Part shown: piece after piece, positions 1 through 12,200 of the stretch
Layout of the letters: the number at the start of each line of letters is the position of its first letter
How positions within the stretch are numbered: the first letter of the stretch is position 1
Source of the DNA: Octopus vulgaris
Taxonomy: Eukaryota
Assembly: GCA_951406725.2 (NCBI GenBank)
Contig: OX597814.1
Span: 110,918,001-110,982,000 of the forward strand
Direction: 5' to 3'
DNA: 64,000 nt
The notes under the pieces: generated by a model
Database searches by the model: none
Seen by the model: the letters and a program-made list of their open reading frames with translations, nothing else
Told to the model about the DNA's origin: nothing
Position numbers and translations under genes: made by a program

Positions 1-199
1 ATATGTATGTATATGTATATATGTATGTATATATGTATGTACATGTATGTATATATATATATGTATGTACATGTATGTATATATATATATGTATGTACAT
101 GTATGTATATATATATGTATGTATGTATGTATGTACATATATGTATGTATATATATATGTATGTATGCATGTATATATATATGTATGTATGCATGTATA

Positions 200-235
<36 letters not shown>

Positions 236-305
236 TGTATGTACATATATGTATGTATATATATATGTATGTATGCATGTATATATATATGTATGTATGC
301 ATGTA

Positions 306-338
<33 letters not shown>

Positions 339-381
339 ATGTATGGATGTATATATGTATGTATATATACATACATATATA
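1..381. repeat. Compound (TATG)n/(TA)n microsatellite
   Basis: Almost pure ATGT/AT/GCAT tandem units; explains the spurious M/Y/V/C ORFs in all three + frames. Confidence 0.97.
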
Positions 382-621
382 CAAGCAAATTACATGTGTG
401 TATATATTTCAGTGTCTCTAACCAATTGCCAATTATGGGCCCCCTAGGGAATAGTTTAATTAATGATGATGAGAGATAAAAAGAAATTCAGGAATAAACA
501 GTCTGAAAATTTTTTTATTCTCGGCTTTGTTGACATTATCAAGAAATCTGAAAATATGTTTCACACAAAACCAAAGCATTTGAACTTCTTCAAAACTCCA
601 TCTCTTCCAAATTATATTCTA

Positions 622-996
622 CTAGCAGTATCGCCCGGCGTTGCTCAGGTTTGTAAGGGAAATAACTATAAAGCATTTTTAGAGAGTTATAGCCAAAAAA
701 TAGCAAAAAAAATGATGGTAAATTTTTTTGAGAGTTAAAAAAGGTGGAGTTGCGACCCCTAGACGGCCTGTGGTTTGGATTTCTGATTCTCGACCCCATG
801 TCGAATTTATCGATTTTTTTTCAGAACTGGGGGAACGTTTCAAAATTTTTGCTGCGTTAGTTTTGAATTATGACATTGGGCTATGTGTGTGTCAAGTTTC
901 ATCAGAATCGGTTGAAAGCCGTGGTCAGGGTGAGAGTACAACCTAACAGACACACAGAAACACACACAGACAAACTGCCGTTTATATAGAGAGAGA
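622..996 (-). mobile_element. Non-autonomous Helitron
   Basis: On the - strand starts TC(TCTCTATATAAA), ends with a GC-rich hairpin (cctgagcaacgccggg) then CTAG, inserted between A and T with no TSD. Same 3' terminus recurs at 28915 and 46955. Confidence 0.8.
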
Positions 997-1296
997 TGAT
1001 TTTAATTCCCAACCATGGAATATTCTGTTTTACAAGAATTCAGAGGCCCCTAAATATGGGCAATGGATGATGCTGTCCCTTCTTTGACTAAGCTACAAAT
1101 ATCCCTGACCCACTCCTAGGGGTCCTAGGGCATCCAGCTGTAGAAACCATGCCAAAACTGACAATTGGAGCTCAGTGCAGTTGTCAGTCCTTGTCAAACT
1201 GTCCCAACCCATACTAAATGGACGTTAAATGACGATGATCTGAGGAAACTACAGATACTCCATGTTGGCAATTGATGACTAAACAGTTCAAAATTA

Positions 1297-1859
1297 TTGG
1301 GTTGTCTGGAAAACTCATGCTGATTTTTAAAGGAAAGAAAATGGTCAAATACTTGCCAGTACATTTTTAATCAACCAAATATGAACTATTTTGTTGCACA
1401 ATGCGTCTTCATCATTCCTTTAACTTGAAAATACCCTCTTCCCAGAATTGAGGTGGTTTCATGGCAAAGAATTCATCAAGGTCTCTTTTTATGTCATCCA
1501 AGGAATTGAAACTTTTACCATTAAGACTATTCTGCAGAGACCTGAATAAGTGGAAATCCGAAGGAGCAATATCTGGTGAATATGGAGGGTGAGGTAACGC
1601 ATCCCAGCCAAGCTGCAGCAATTTTTGTCTGGTTCCTAAAGCATCACGTGCTGAAAATGAACTTTCTTATCTTCCATTTTAAAGGGTTACAGAATTAACA
1701 CAGGTTATAGGAACATAAACCTTCTTCCATGAAAAGATAGCTTAAATTGTGCTCCAAATGGAGGTGTAGTCAAACCCTATTTTATGGACTCAACCATGTT
1801 CTAAAATAAGACGAAAGTTAAGCTACTATAAATTGGCACAAACTTTCCAGACAACCCAA
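1297..1859 (-). mobile_element. Internally deleted mariner element
   Basis: TIR ttgggttgtctggaaa / tttccagacaacccaa, TA on both flanks. Transposase C-terminus HPPYSPDIAPSDFHLF (1412-1621) abuts N-terminal MEDKKVHFQH (~1647-1676). Confidence 0.92.
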
Positions 1860-2005
1860 TATAAGAATAACTTGGGGTTCTCCCTGCGGTTGTCTCAGAT
1901 ATGACTGAGAAGATTTATGTCTATAATCTTCAAGATCTTTGTTACTCACTCGAAGAAATTCTAAGATAATAAGCTTCTGTATAATTGCAGACAACTCTAC
2001 TTTAA

Positions 2006-2222
2006 CCCTTTGGCATTTAAACTGGCTGTATCCAGCCCAAATATCCTACCTGTTTATCTTCAAACTGGCCTGATCTGGCTTCACATACGTACCCTATGTT
2101 AGTGTAAAAATAAACACTCGCATCATCAAAATCTTGATGCTATGAGATAATGCATTATTTGTTGAAAACAATGTGAATAAAAAAAGCATTACATTTGACA
2201 GAATAATCTGAGTGCTGAAGGG
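2006..2222. mobile_element. piggyBac-type MITE
   Basis: TTAA|ccctttggca ... tgctgaaggg|TTAA termini. Confidence 0.7.
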
Positions 2223-2439
2223 TTAAAATCACACACTGCTGTCTTAACCCCCCCCCCCTCAGAAAATATTGAATAATGAAGATAAATAAATGATGGGGTG
2301 GCCACAGTTGAAAAATATATTTCATTATATGCCTTTTTAATTAGGGCTGCCTTGAAACTAAACGACAGTCAGTAATTAAGTCAACACTTGATTGAAAAAT
2401 TATGTTCTTCACTATGATTTTCTATTTATTAAACTATAT

Positions 2440-2650
2440 TTAACCCTTTTCCATATTTCTGTTGAAGCACACCCAATTTGTTTCAATTAATTTCATCATA
2501 AAGACTATAATAAATTAACTTGTTTATTAAGCTGTTGTTTGGGACACAAATTAACATGAAATTTTGATGAAGGTTTTTAATTTGGATTACTTTAAAATAG
2601 GAGATCAGTAGAACTAGAGGTGGACCCAGGTAGGTTGAGTTGAAAGAGTT
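2440..2650. mobile_element. TTAA-type MITE family member (related copies ~7851-8010, ~43215-43393, ~57930-58156)
   Basis: ttaaccctttt start; shared internal motifs (catgaaattttgatgaagg, ggtaggttg) among the four copies, in both orientations. Confidence 0.6.
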
Positions 2651-2715
2651 CATGTCGGTTTCTCATTTTGACCTTTCTTTTACATTTGTTGTTTTTTCTC
2701 TCTCATTTCAAACAG

Positions 2716-3258
2716 CGTCACACAATCTCTGGTATTTCACCAAACAGCACAAAAATCCAAGATTCACCTCCTTCATATTCAGAAGCCATGCGGCTGCAAC
2801 ATTCTTCACCATTAGCTGGTTCCCATGGAGCAACGTTACCAATGACGTGGCGTCACTCTTCACTCCAGCAGCTGCCTCCTACCCCACCAAGGGGCCCTCA
2901 TAAACGTAGTTTATCAGCCTGTGGCAATTTACTTGATATAGATCTACCCAATCTCTCTCTTAGCCCAAATCTCTCATTGCCGTCGTCCAATACAATTCCT
3001 AAAACATTTTATGGACATCCTAATAAACCTATTTCGACTCCTTCTGGAAGAGTCTATCGCAATTGGAACCCACCTATGCTAGGGACTTTACCAGATGACT
3101 TTCTCCGCTTGAACTTACCGATTAGACTCCAAAGAAACAGCACACCTCCACCCCCTCCACCACCACTTTCACACAAACATTCATCTCCTACAAGAAGTCT
3201 CGATGCTAATTTGAATTCAACTCCACAAAGAAAAAGTTACCGACCATCAAAGACAATG
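2716..3258 (+). CDS. CUEDC1: CUEDC1 exon (Pro/Ser-rich, WNPP motif)
   Basis: aacag|CGT ... ATG|gtaagt, 543 nt, phase 0/0, within ORF 2668..3282. Confidence 0.88.
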
Positions 3259-6200
3259 GTAAGTGGATTGGTTCTTTTGTAACATATTTGGAAACTAATT
3301 AAGATATGAGTGTTAATACTGGATTTAAGATTAGATGTTAACAGTAGATGTCACCACTGGATGTTTATAGTAGATGTTGGTTTCAGCCCGCAAGCTTAGA
3401 CCAAATCTTTTTCCAGGCGATAACAATTCTAGAATTTATATATTTTGTTTTTGTATTTGGTTTGCAAGATTATTGATTATTGAACTTGTGTGTTGAAATG
3501 GATTTTATTGTATCTTGGGAGGTCATTGTGCCAATAACAAACACCTGCACAGGTTCTGTTTCACTTCTTTAACTTATATTTGTCAATGGGTTAATTACTT
3601 AACCAATTAACAAATTGATTGTTTACACCCCCTCAATACTACTTCTCCTCTAACAGTTGAGGGGATTTGTCTTACAAAACACTTGATGATTCTGTCAATG
3701 CAGGTTCTACATAAAAAGCACCAACATTTTATACAGGTCTGCCAAAGTTAGCAAACAAAACCTATATCATATTAAATACTAAAAATAATTGCTCGTAACT
3801 CTGCTTCCCAGTCCATGACACCACTTTACTTGACATAATTTTTTTTTGATAAGTAAATATCTCATGAATATTTAGTGTGCCACATAAAAAGTACTGATGC
3901 CATGTAAGAGGCACTGGTGTTGGTGCCTTGTAAAAAGCACCCAGTACTTTCTGTAAGGCGGTTGGCATTAGGGTAGGTGTCCAGTTGTAGAAAGCATGCC
4001 AAAGCAGACAACAGACCTTGGCACAATCTTCTGGCTTGCCAGCTTTGGTCAAACCATGTCAGCATAGAAGGAAGATGCTAAATGATAATGAGAGTTAATT
4101 AGTTAAGCTTATCAATGTCCCTTCATTGTCATTCACACTTACATCAATGATGTGTTTGCTTCAAACAGACCTGCAATAGAGTGAAACAGAACTTTTTATT
4201 CTTGGCATAATGGATCTTCCAAGACACAGCAACATATATTCTTTTCTACTCAAGGCACAAGGCCTGAAATTTTCGGGGAAGGGGCCAGTCGATTAGATTG
4301 ACCCCAGTACGCAACTGATACTTAATTTATCAAGCCTGAAAGGATGAAAGGCAAAGTCGACCTCGGCAGAATTTGAACTCAGAATGTAAAGACAGACAAA
4401 AAAACGCTTAGCATTTCGCCCAGTGTGCTGTTTCTGCCAGCTTGCCACCTTTACAGCAACATGTACCAGACTATCAGATGTTGTCACATATCACTGGTCA
4501 CAATGCGCTTTGCATTGCTTTAGCTTTTGAATGATGCCAGTCTGCTGGTTAGGTGAGCCATCCCACATTCCTCCTAATTGGAAGACTGATCTGACACAGG
4601 GTGAGACATTTACAGATGAATGGACTGGAGCAAAGTGAAATGAAGTGTTTTGCTCGAGAACACAACATACCGCTCGGTCCAGGAATCAAAACCACAATCT
4701 AGTGATTTTGAGTACAACACCCTTAATCACTAGGCCATGTGCCTCCACATATTTATGTAATTATTGATGGTGATAAAACAACAAAAATTTCTACTTTCTG
4801 TTTACATTTTTCTTTCTTTCTTAACTTTTAGATTATTTCAACTCATGAATTTAGCAAAAGTATGTTGGAGCAGAAACTGAAGGAAAATGAACGGAGACGG
4901 CGTTCAACTAGTCAGGATATTGACCCCGAGCTTACTCAGTACTTGGCCGATGAACACTTAGCTATTGTGATACAGAACAGTGAATTTCTTCAAGAGTTGC
5001 GAGGAAATGAAGATTTTATGAAAACTCTTGAGAAAGGTATTGTTAAACATTGCTAAATATTTGCGACTCCTTCGAGTTCTTGTCTTGAGACACATGAAGT
5101 TTGCACAAGAAGGAAGTTGTAAGTTGCAGGAGTAACTTGGTGTTAGATGTTTGAAAGCAGGTCCAACCACATAGTTTCCCGTTCAATCCCATTGAGTAGC
5201 ACCTCTGGCAAGTGTGTTCTACTATAGCCCTGGGCTGACTGATGCCTTCAAAGGGATTTTGAGAGACAGAAACTGTGTCAAAGCCCATTGTGTGTGTGTG
5301 TGTTCCCCCACTACTTGGCAACCAGTGTTGGTTTGTTTATGTCCCTCATAACTTAGCAGTTTGGCAAAAGAGATAGATAGAATAAGTGTAAAACTTTACA
5401 AAAAATAGGTAGTGAGGTTGATTTGTTCAACTAACCCTTCAAAGCATGCCCCAGCAAGGCCATAGAACAAGTAAAAGTTAAGATACCATTTCTGGTAGTG
5501 TGCACTAGTGTAAGAATTTCTCTTTATTTTTGTTATGTTCTTCTTTGTCACCAACATCCAAGACACACCTGATGTAGTATTGAGTACCACTGGTGCTGCT
5601 GCCTTAGCGAGACAATTGCCAGAAGTTCTAGGAACCTCAGTTGGTCAGGGTTAACCCTGTGTCTGTATACGCAAGCCTTGGCTGAGGTTGTTGAAGATTG
5701 GCTGTTCCCCATACGTGTAAGTCTCCCCTCTTCACACCACTAGCATTGTCCAAAAGAAAGGTTGCTGTTTCAGCACCATTACGGCTTGGTACCAGTGATA
5801 TCACAGGTGTTGCTTTTGGAAGACAAAGGCTGGAATGGTCACTGCCAGGTACCACGTTTGCTCTAATGTTTCTGACATTCCACTGGATTCTATTTTTTAC
5901 TTTGGATCATCAAGTTTAAATACAACATCCAAAGAGAAACATCATGGCTGATTTGCTACTATTTTGATAAAGATGTACCATTATTTAATTCTTCCTGAAG
6001 GTATACTGGGGGGATGGCTGTTGGTAGGACAGTATTGTTTATTTAGTTGCTTCAAACCAAGAAGGCCAGTGGCACTGATGTCATTTCTTCCATTACACTC
6101 CAGAACTTGCCCCTCTATTCATTGCGCTCTTCTTATTTCTTTACTATCCACAAGGGGCTAAACACAGCGGGGACAAACGGATTAAGTCGATTACATCGAC

Positions 6201-9200
6201 CCCAGTATGTAACTGGTACTTATTTAATTGACCCCAAAAGGATGAAAGGCAAAGTTGACCTTGGTGGAATTTGAACACAGAACGTAATGGCAGACAAAAT
6301 ACCGCTAAGCATTTCGCCCGGTGTGCTAATGTTTCTGCCAGCTCACCGCCTTCATTGCGCTCTTCTGTCACATGTCTCATGTCTGAGGTTCAGGAAGAGC
6401 AAAAGTATTTGTAGAATATCTAAGATGTGTATTAGACTGGAACGAAGCCTTCAGAGGAGGGCTGCCTGTCAGGGGTTGAAGATAAACGTAAGATCTCCAC
6501 TGAAGGGGACGGCTTGTTGTTGTAGCATTCTTTCTTGAATGGAAATGATTTTAATTTTCTTTGAATTTTGCACAAAATGATCTTTGTGAGTTTAGAGATG
6601 AGGTTCCTGCTAAAAAAAGTATCAACTTGGTTAGATTTAGTTGGATATTGTACAAATAATTGTATGATTATCTTTTACTTGCCTCAGTCATTAGACTGTG
6701 ACCATGCTGGGGCACGGCCTTGAAGAATTTTTAGTCACTGGACGATGACAGGATAAGAGGGAGCTTGCACTCATGTCAGTTTGCAGTGACTACCTTTCTG
6801 GTCCCTTAGTGGCTGAAGAGGAGATAACCTCTCCGAAATGCATGCATTCAACAGTCTGGTCAAGAGAGAGACTTGGTTTGTTTACACCTATTTGTCAACA
6901 GCGAGAAGTTTTCTCCATGACAAAATGCAGTGAATGGCTATCTTATACATTCAAATATACCTCAAGCATATTTAAACTAGTAACCAGTTTGTATCAATAT
7001 TTTTTATCCCCTTCTGGCCTTGTGCCAAAATTTGAAATCAATATTTTTTTTTATCCCTTTGCAAAGCAAATGATCTGTGATGTGTCCACTTTGATTATAG
7101 ATCGAATGAATGCAGCGGCTTTTGAACCATCTGCTCTATCTCAGCCGTCACCGACTGGACCAAAAGAAAGTGGTGAGTTCTCTCTATCTACATAGTGTGT
7201 GGCATTAAAATAACGACCTCCAGACTTCTTTATAATCACCTTGACCAACCAGTCTGTCAGGCGTCCATTTGACACCACTAGTCACAGCATGCTGTCCACT
7301 CCTCTCTGGATCGCGCCTTTCTCATCCACGTGATCCCAATCGTCCTCCTGAAATTGTAATTCCACTGTCGTGTAGGCCTTCCAAGTGGTCATTTCCGCTC
7401 GTGCAGGTACCACTTGACAACTGCATGGTCCACCGATTATCGGTGATCCGAGCGATGTGTCCAGCCCATCTAAACTTGCTGCGTGTATACTCTGCGATGA
7501 CATCCCTCACACCGGACTTCTCTCTGATGACCTCACTGCTGCTATGCTCTCAACGAGATTCCAAGCATTGACCTTTCCATGGTCCTTTGAGCCATTACCA
7601 GTCTCTGCTCTTCTCTCTTTGTTGTAGCAGTGAAACATGACCTCCGGACTTCTTTATGATATAAACCATTTATTGAGCCAATTTCTGCTGGTGTTCTTCG
7701 TGTTAGAAATAACAGCTGAGTCTTTTCCAAATTATGCTCTGTCTTTAAAAGGTGGGATGGTCATGACTAGAATATCTTTGTTTACTCATTTCTTGGATCA
7801 GGGCTGACCTGATTTAACAACAACAACAACAATAGCTGCTGTTAGAATTATTAACCCTTTTGATATGATTCCACCTGAGACTACCTTTGATTTTGTGATA
7901 CAAACACTTCACATTTTGAGGTTAAAAACCTGCCATCGAAATTTCATAATGAGTTATTTTATTAAATTATTCATTATTTTTGAAATTAATTATGGTTACA
8001 AAAGGGTTAATGAATGATATGAGAGAGAAGCAAAAAAAAAAAGAGAAATTTATATTTGTTTCTTTTCCTTTGCAAATGTTTTGTTTCTCCATCTTTATAG
8101 ATTATCATCATCACCAACTTTTCTGTTTTTGCATGAATCAAATGGAATTCATTAAAACAGATATGCACACACACACATTTAGTGCAGGCATTGTTGTGCA
8201 TTTGAGAAACTTGCTTGCCAACCATGTGGTTTTGGATTCAGTGCCATAGTGTGGTACCTTGGGCAAGTGTCTCTTCTCACAGACTTAAAGCCAACTGCAG
8301 GTTTCTGAATGGATTTGGTAGATGGAAACCAGAAGAAGTTTGTCGTGTGTGTTTGTGTGTATCTTTGCCTTGACATCACATGACAGTTGTAAATGAACAT
8401 CACCAGCCGGTGGGGGGGTATTATAACGGTCAGTAGCAGGAAGAGTATCTGGCTGTGGAAAAGCTGCCTCAACAAATTCCATCTAACTCAGGAAAGCATG
8501 GAAAATGGATGTTAAAATGATTATATATATATATATATATGGTGTAGGAGTGGCTGTGTGGTAAGTAGCTTGCTTACGAACCACATGGTTCCGGGTTCAG
8601 TCCCACTGTGTGGCACCTTGGGCTCTCTACTATAACCTCGAGCCAACCAAAGCCTTGTGAGTGGATTTGGTAGACGGAAACTGAAAGAAGCCTGTCGTAT
8701 ATATGTATGTGTGTATATGTTTGTGTGTCTGTGTTTATCCCCCCAACATTGCTTGACAACTGATGCTGGTGTGTTTACTAGGCTTACAAAGAATAAGTCC
8801 TGGGGTCGATTTGCTCGACTAAAGGCAGTGCTCCAGCATGGCCACAGTCAAATGACTGAAACAAGTAAAAGAGTATATTCACAATTTAGGTTAGTTGAAA
8901 TATGTTTGTCACATATTTCAACTGCTAAAGGCAAATGCACTGCAGTTATTGTGGAGAAAAAAATTTCTCTTATGGTAAAAAAGTGTGAAAACACCCCATT
9001 TGTTCATCTATCAGGAATCTGAGACATCGATGTTTCGAGTTTGTTGACTCTTGACGATCAGATGTACCTGAGAGGGACAACTCTGAACGAATTGACAAAG
9101 CTTATAGCTTTATATATAATTCAGCCAACACATTGACTGAATTGTGCTAGTAGATCACTAGTAGATCCACGGTAACTGCAGTGTATTTGCCCTTAGCAGT

Positions 9201-12200
9201 TGAAATATGTGACAAACATTTCAACTAACCTAGATTGTGCTCATAACCAAACACTGCTTAGCGCATTTACTCCGATTTATATCATCATCATCATCATCGT
9301 TTAAATGATGATGATGATGTGTCTGTATATTGAAGTCTGACGTATTGTAGATAGCTTTACATGACTGAAGAAAGACCTCGTTTATTCTGTAATCTTTGTA
9401 CATCTTTCAGTTTGACATGGTCTCAGAAATGCCTTTTCGTTATCTCATTAACTTGTAATAATTATCAAACATGGGATTAAAAAAGTTGTGATATTGGAAT
9501 ATTTTATGAATTTATTTTATTAAATTCCTGTGTTAAAGATATTGTTCTATTTCAGGATGGTCATTTTTTTTCCTTCTTCCTGCCAAATAAATACTCTATA
9601 TGTTCTTATTTTATCTTATGTCGATTGTTTGGAAATCTTTTGTCACACACCTGTGACCTCTTCAATGACTCTTCCATCCCATGTGTCCCCTCTGGTTCTG
9701 TTTAGTCCATTCTGTCTTTCTGTGGCACAGGATAAGGATACGCACCACAGAATAGGCTGAACAGAACAGGAGGGGACACATGGGATAGACGAGTTGCTGA
9801 GGAGGTCACAGGTGTGTGACAAAGATTTCTGGACAATGGACAGGAGATAAAAGAACAATAATAAACAAGTGCAGAACAAATATATAGTGCATGTGTTTAT
9901 TTGACAAAAAAGTGGAAAAAGAACCGTCCTGAAATATAATAATATTTAAAAAAATTACTATTTGTAACTCTCACAAGGAGAGATATTCAGCAACAGTACT
10001 TTGGAGTAAAGATTATTTGCCAACATAACATGGCACTTCTGGTTTAGGATGAATGTTGTTGTAATTTGGCCCCAGGAGACATCATCTCCAGCTGGCTATA
10101 CGACACTATCTGTGTCCTTACATTTTCGAACAAGGGAATTTGGCAGCGCTACCTCTAGCCGAACAATTATTCTGTGCTGATGAAGGGAAATAACCCAGAA
10201 ATCGCAATACACAGATATTGTTTTGAGCTGAGTGGGGGTGCTAGATTCCCTTGTTTGAAAATATAAGGATACAGATCGTGTTGTATAGCCAGCTGGAGAT
10301 GATGTTTCCTGGGGCTAAATTACAGCTACATCCATCCTAAACCAGGACTGTCATGTTATGCTGGCAAACAATCTTTAACCAGAATATTTGTTTGTAAATT
10401 AAAGAATGTTTATGGTGTTGGATATTTGTTCTTTTGTTTTTGTTAGGAATTCCATTCTGAAATGAGGTGAGATGTGACATAAAGTGTAATGTTTTTAAAG
10501 AACACACATTGTGGAGCAGGGAACATGGTTGATTGTCTTGGAGGTTTTTGAAAGTTGTATAAACCTGAATGCTTTGTTGATTCTCCACAACCAATATGGT
10601 GGGGTCCAACAGGGCTGAGGACTGCCTTGAGCTCTGCTCTATGCTCACTATGGCTGGGTGTCCTTCTTAATGGCAGCCACTTTACAGTGTGTAATGGGGG
10701 CATTTTACATGGTTGCCAGCATGAGTGAAGTGAGCGACTTTGATCAGAGACACAGTGTGATGCCTGGTTCAGGAATTGAACTTCTGACCTTGGTCTTGAG
10801 CCTAACATCCTAACCACTAGGCTTACATGCCTTTACAGAAAGTGTTAAAAGTATTATCATTGTTTTAATGTTCACTTTTCCATGCTTGAATGGGTCAGAC
10901 AGAATTTGTTGAGGCAGATTTTCTACAGCCAGATGTATTTCTTGCTACCACTCCACTCAGTTTCTAAGCAAAGTAATATTTCCCCATGTCCAAACACAGA
11001 AGATTGAAAATGAACATCACTTGTATGATGGTGACACTTGTGTGCAGTTATCATGTGACTTCAAAGAAAAGACACACACGACAAGCTTCTTTTAGTTTTT
11101 GTCTACCAAATCCTCTCACAAGACTTTGGTTGAGCACTTGATAGAAGACACTTGCCCAAGGTACCATTGTGATTGGAAAGCACAAATATGAAGTGGTTTG
11201 TTTTCATTTCATTATATGAACCACTGTGCAAGGTATTGAACTCCTAGTATTACTTTTAGCAGTTTTGGATGTTAAACTTCAAAATAGTCGACTGGAATAT
11301 TCATAATTTGGTCATATTAATTCTTGTTACAACGTAAATAGTTGTACCTTCCAATTTCCATTGATGTTTTGTTGTTGTTGACAGATATTGAGGGCTACGG
11401 TCATGATAATCAAGAGACCTTGGAAGCTTTCCCATTTAGTCAACCACTCCCCTCCTCCTCTGTTGATGAGGATGCAGAACTGCGAAGCCAATTAAAGCAC
11501 ATGGGACGTGGTAAGTACCTTTTCCCACTTTCAAGATTCTTTTAATATAAACCTTTGTTACTTTGTCAGTCTATCTTACGTTAAAATCTCTCTCACTTCT
11601 CTCCTTGTTTTTTTTTGTTTTATTCTAGCTTCCAGAAAACAGTTTGTAACTCTAGCAAGGAAATTCTTCTCAAGACGGAAAAAGAAATCTTCTCGGGACA
11701 TGTATCCTTTGATGTTATTTTGTGTGAACTTCTGTGCATTTATAGGGAATGGAATTATTTTTTTCTGTTTTTTTTTTATGTCCATTTTTCAATGCTAACA
11801 TCATCAGATTCGACAAATGTATCACAGCATTCTTGAAGTTTGCCATTGGAAATTGTAGTTGAGACACCCGTGCCGGTGACACGTAAAAAGCACTGTCCGA
11901 ATGTGGCTGATGCCAGTGCCACCTGACTGGCGTCCGTGTCGGCGACACATAAAAAGCACCAACCAATCATGGCCATTTGCCATCCTCCTCTGGCTCCTGT
12001 GCCGGTGGCACGTAAAAAGCACCCACTACACTCATGAAGTGGTTGGCGTTAGGAAGGGCATCCAGCTGTAGAAACACTGCCAGATCAGACTGGAGCCTGG
12101 TGCAGCCTCCTGGCTTCCCAGACCCCGGTCGAACCGTCTAACCCATGCTAGCATGGAAAACGGATGTTAAACAATGATGATGATTTGGTCCCACTGTGTG

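Noticed and set aside
3-479. Three long ORFs at the window start
   Set aside because: Translation of a stop-free microsatellite.
9365-9435. CTGAAGA-AAGACC...GGTCTCA-GAAA
   Set aside because: Long unstructured loop, no stem III or stem I; could be chance.
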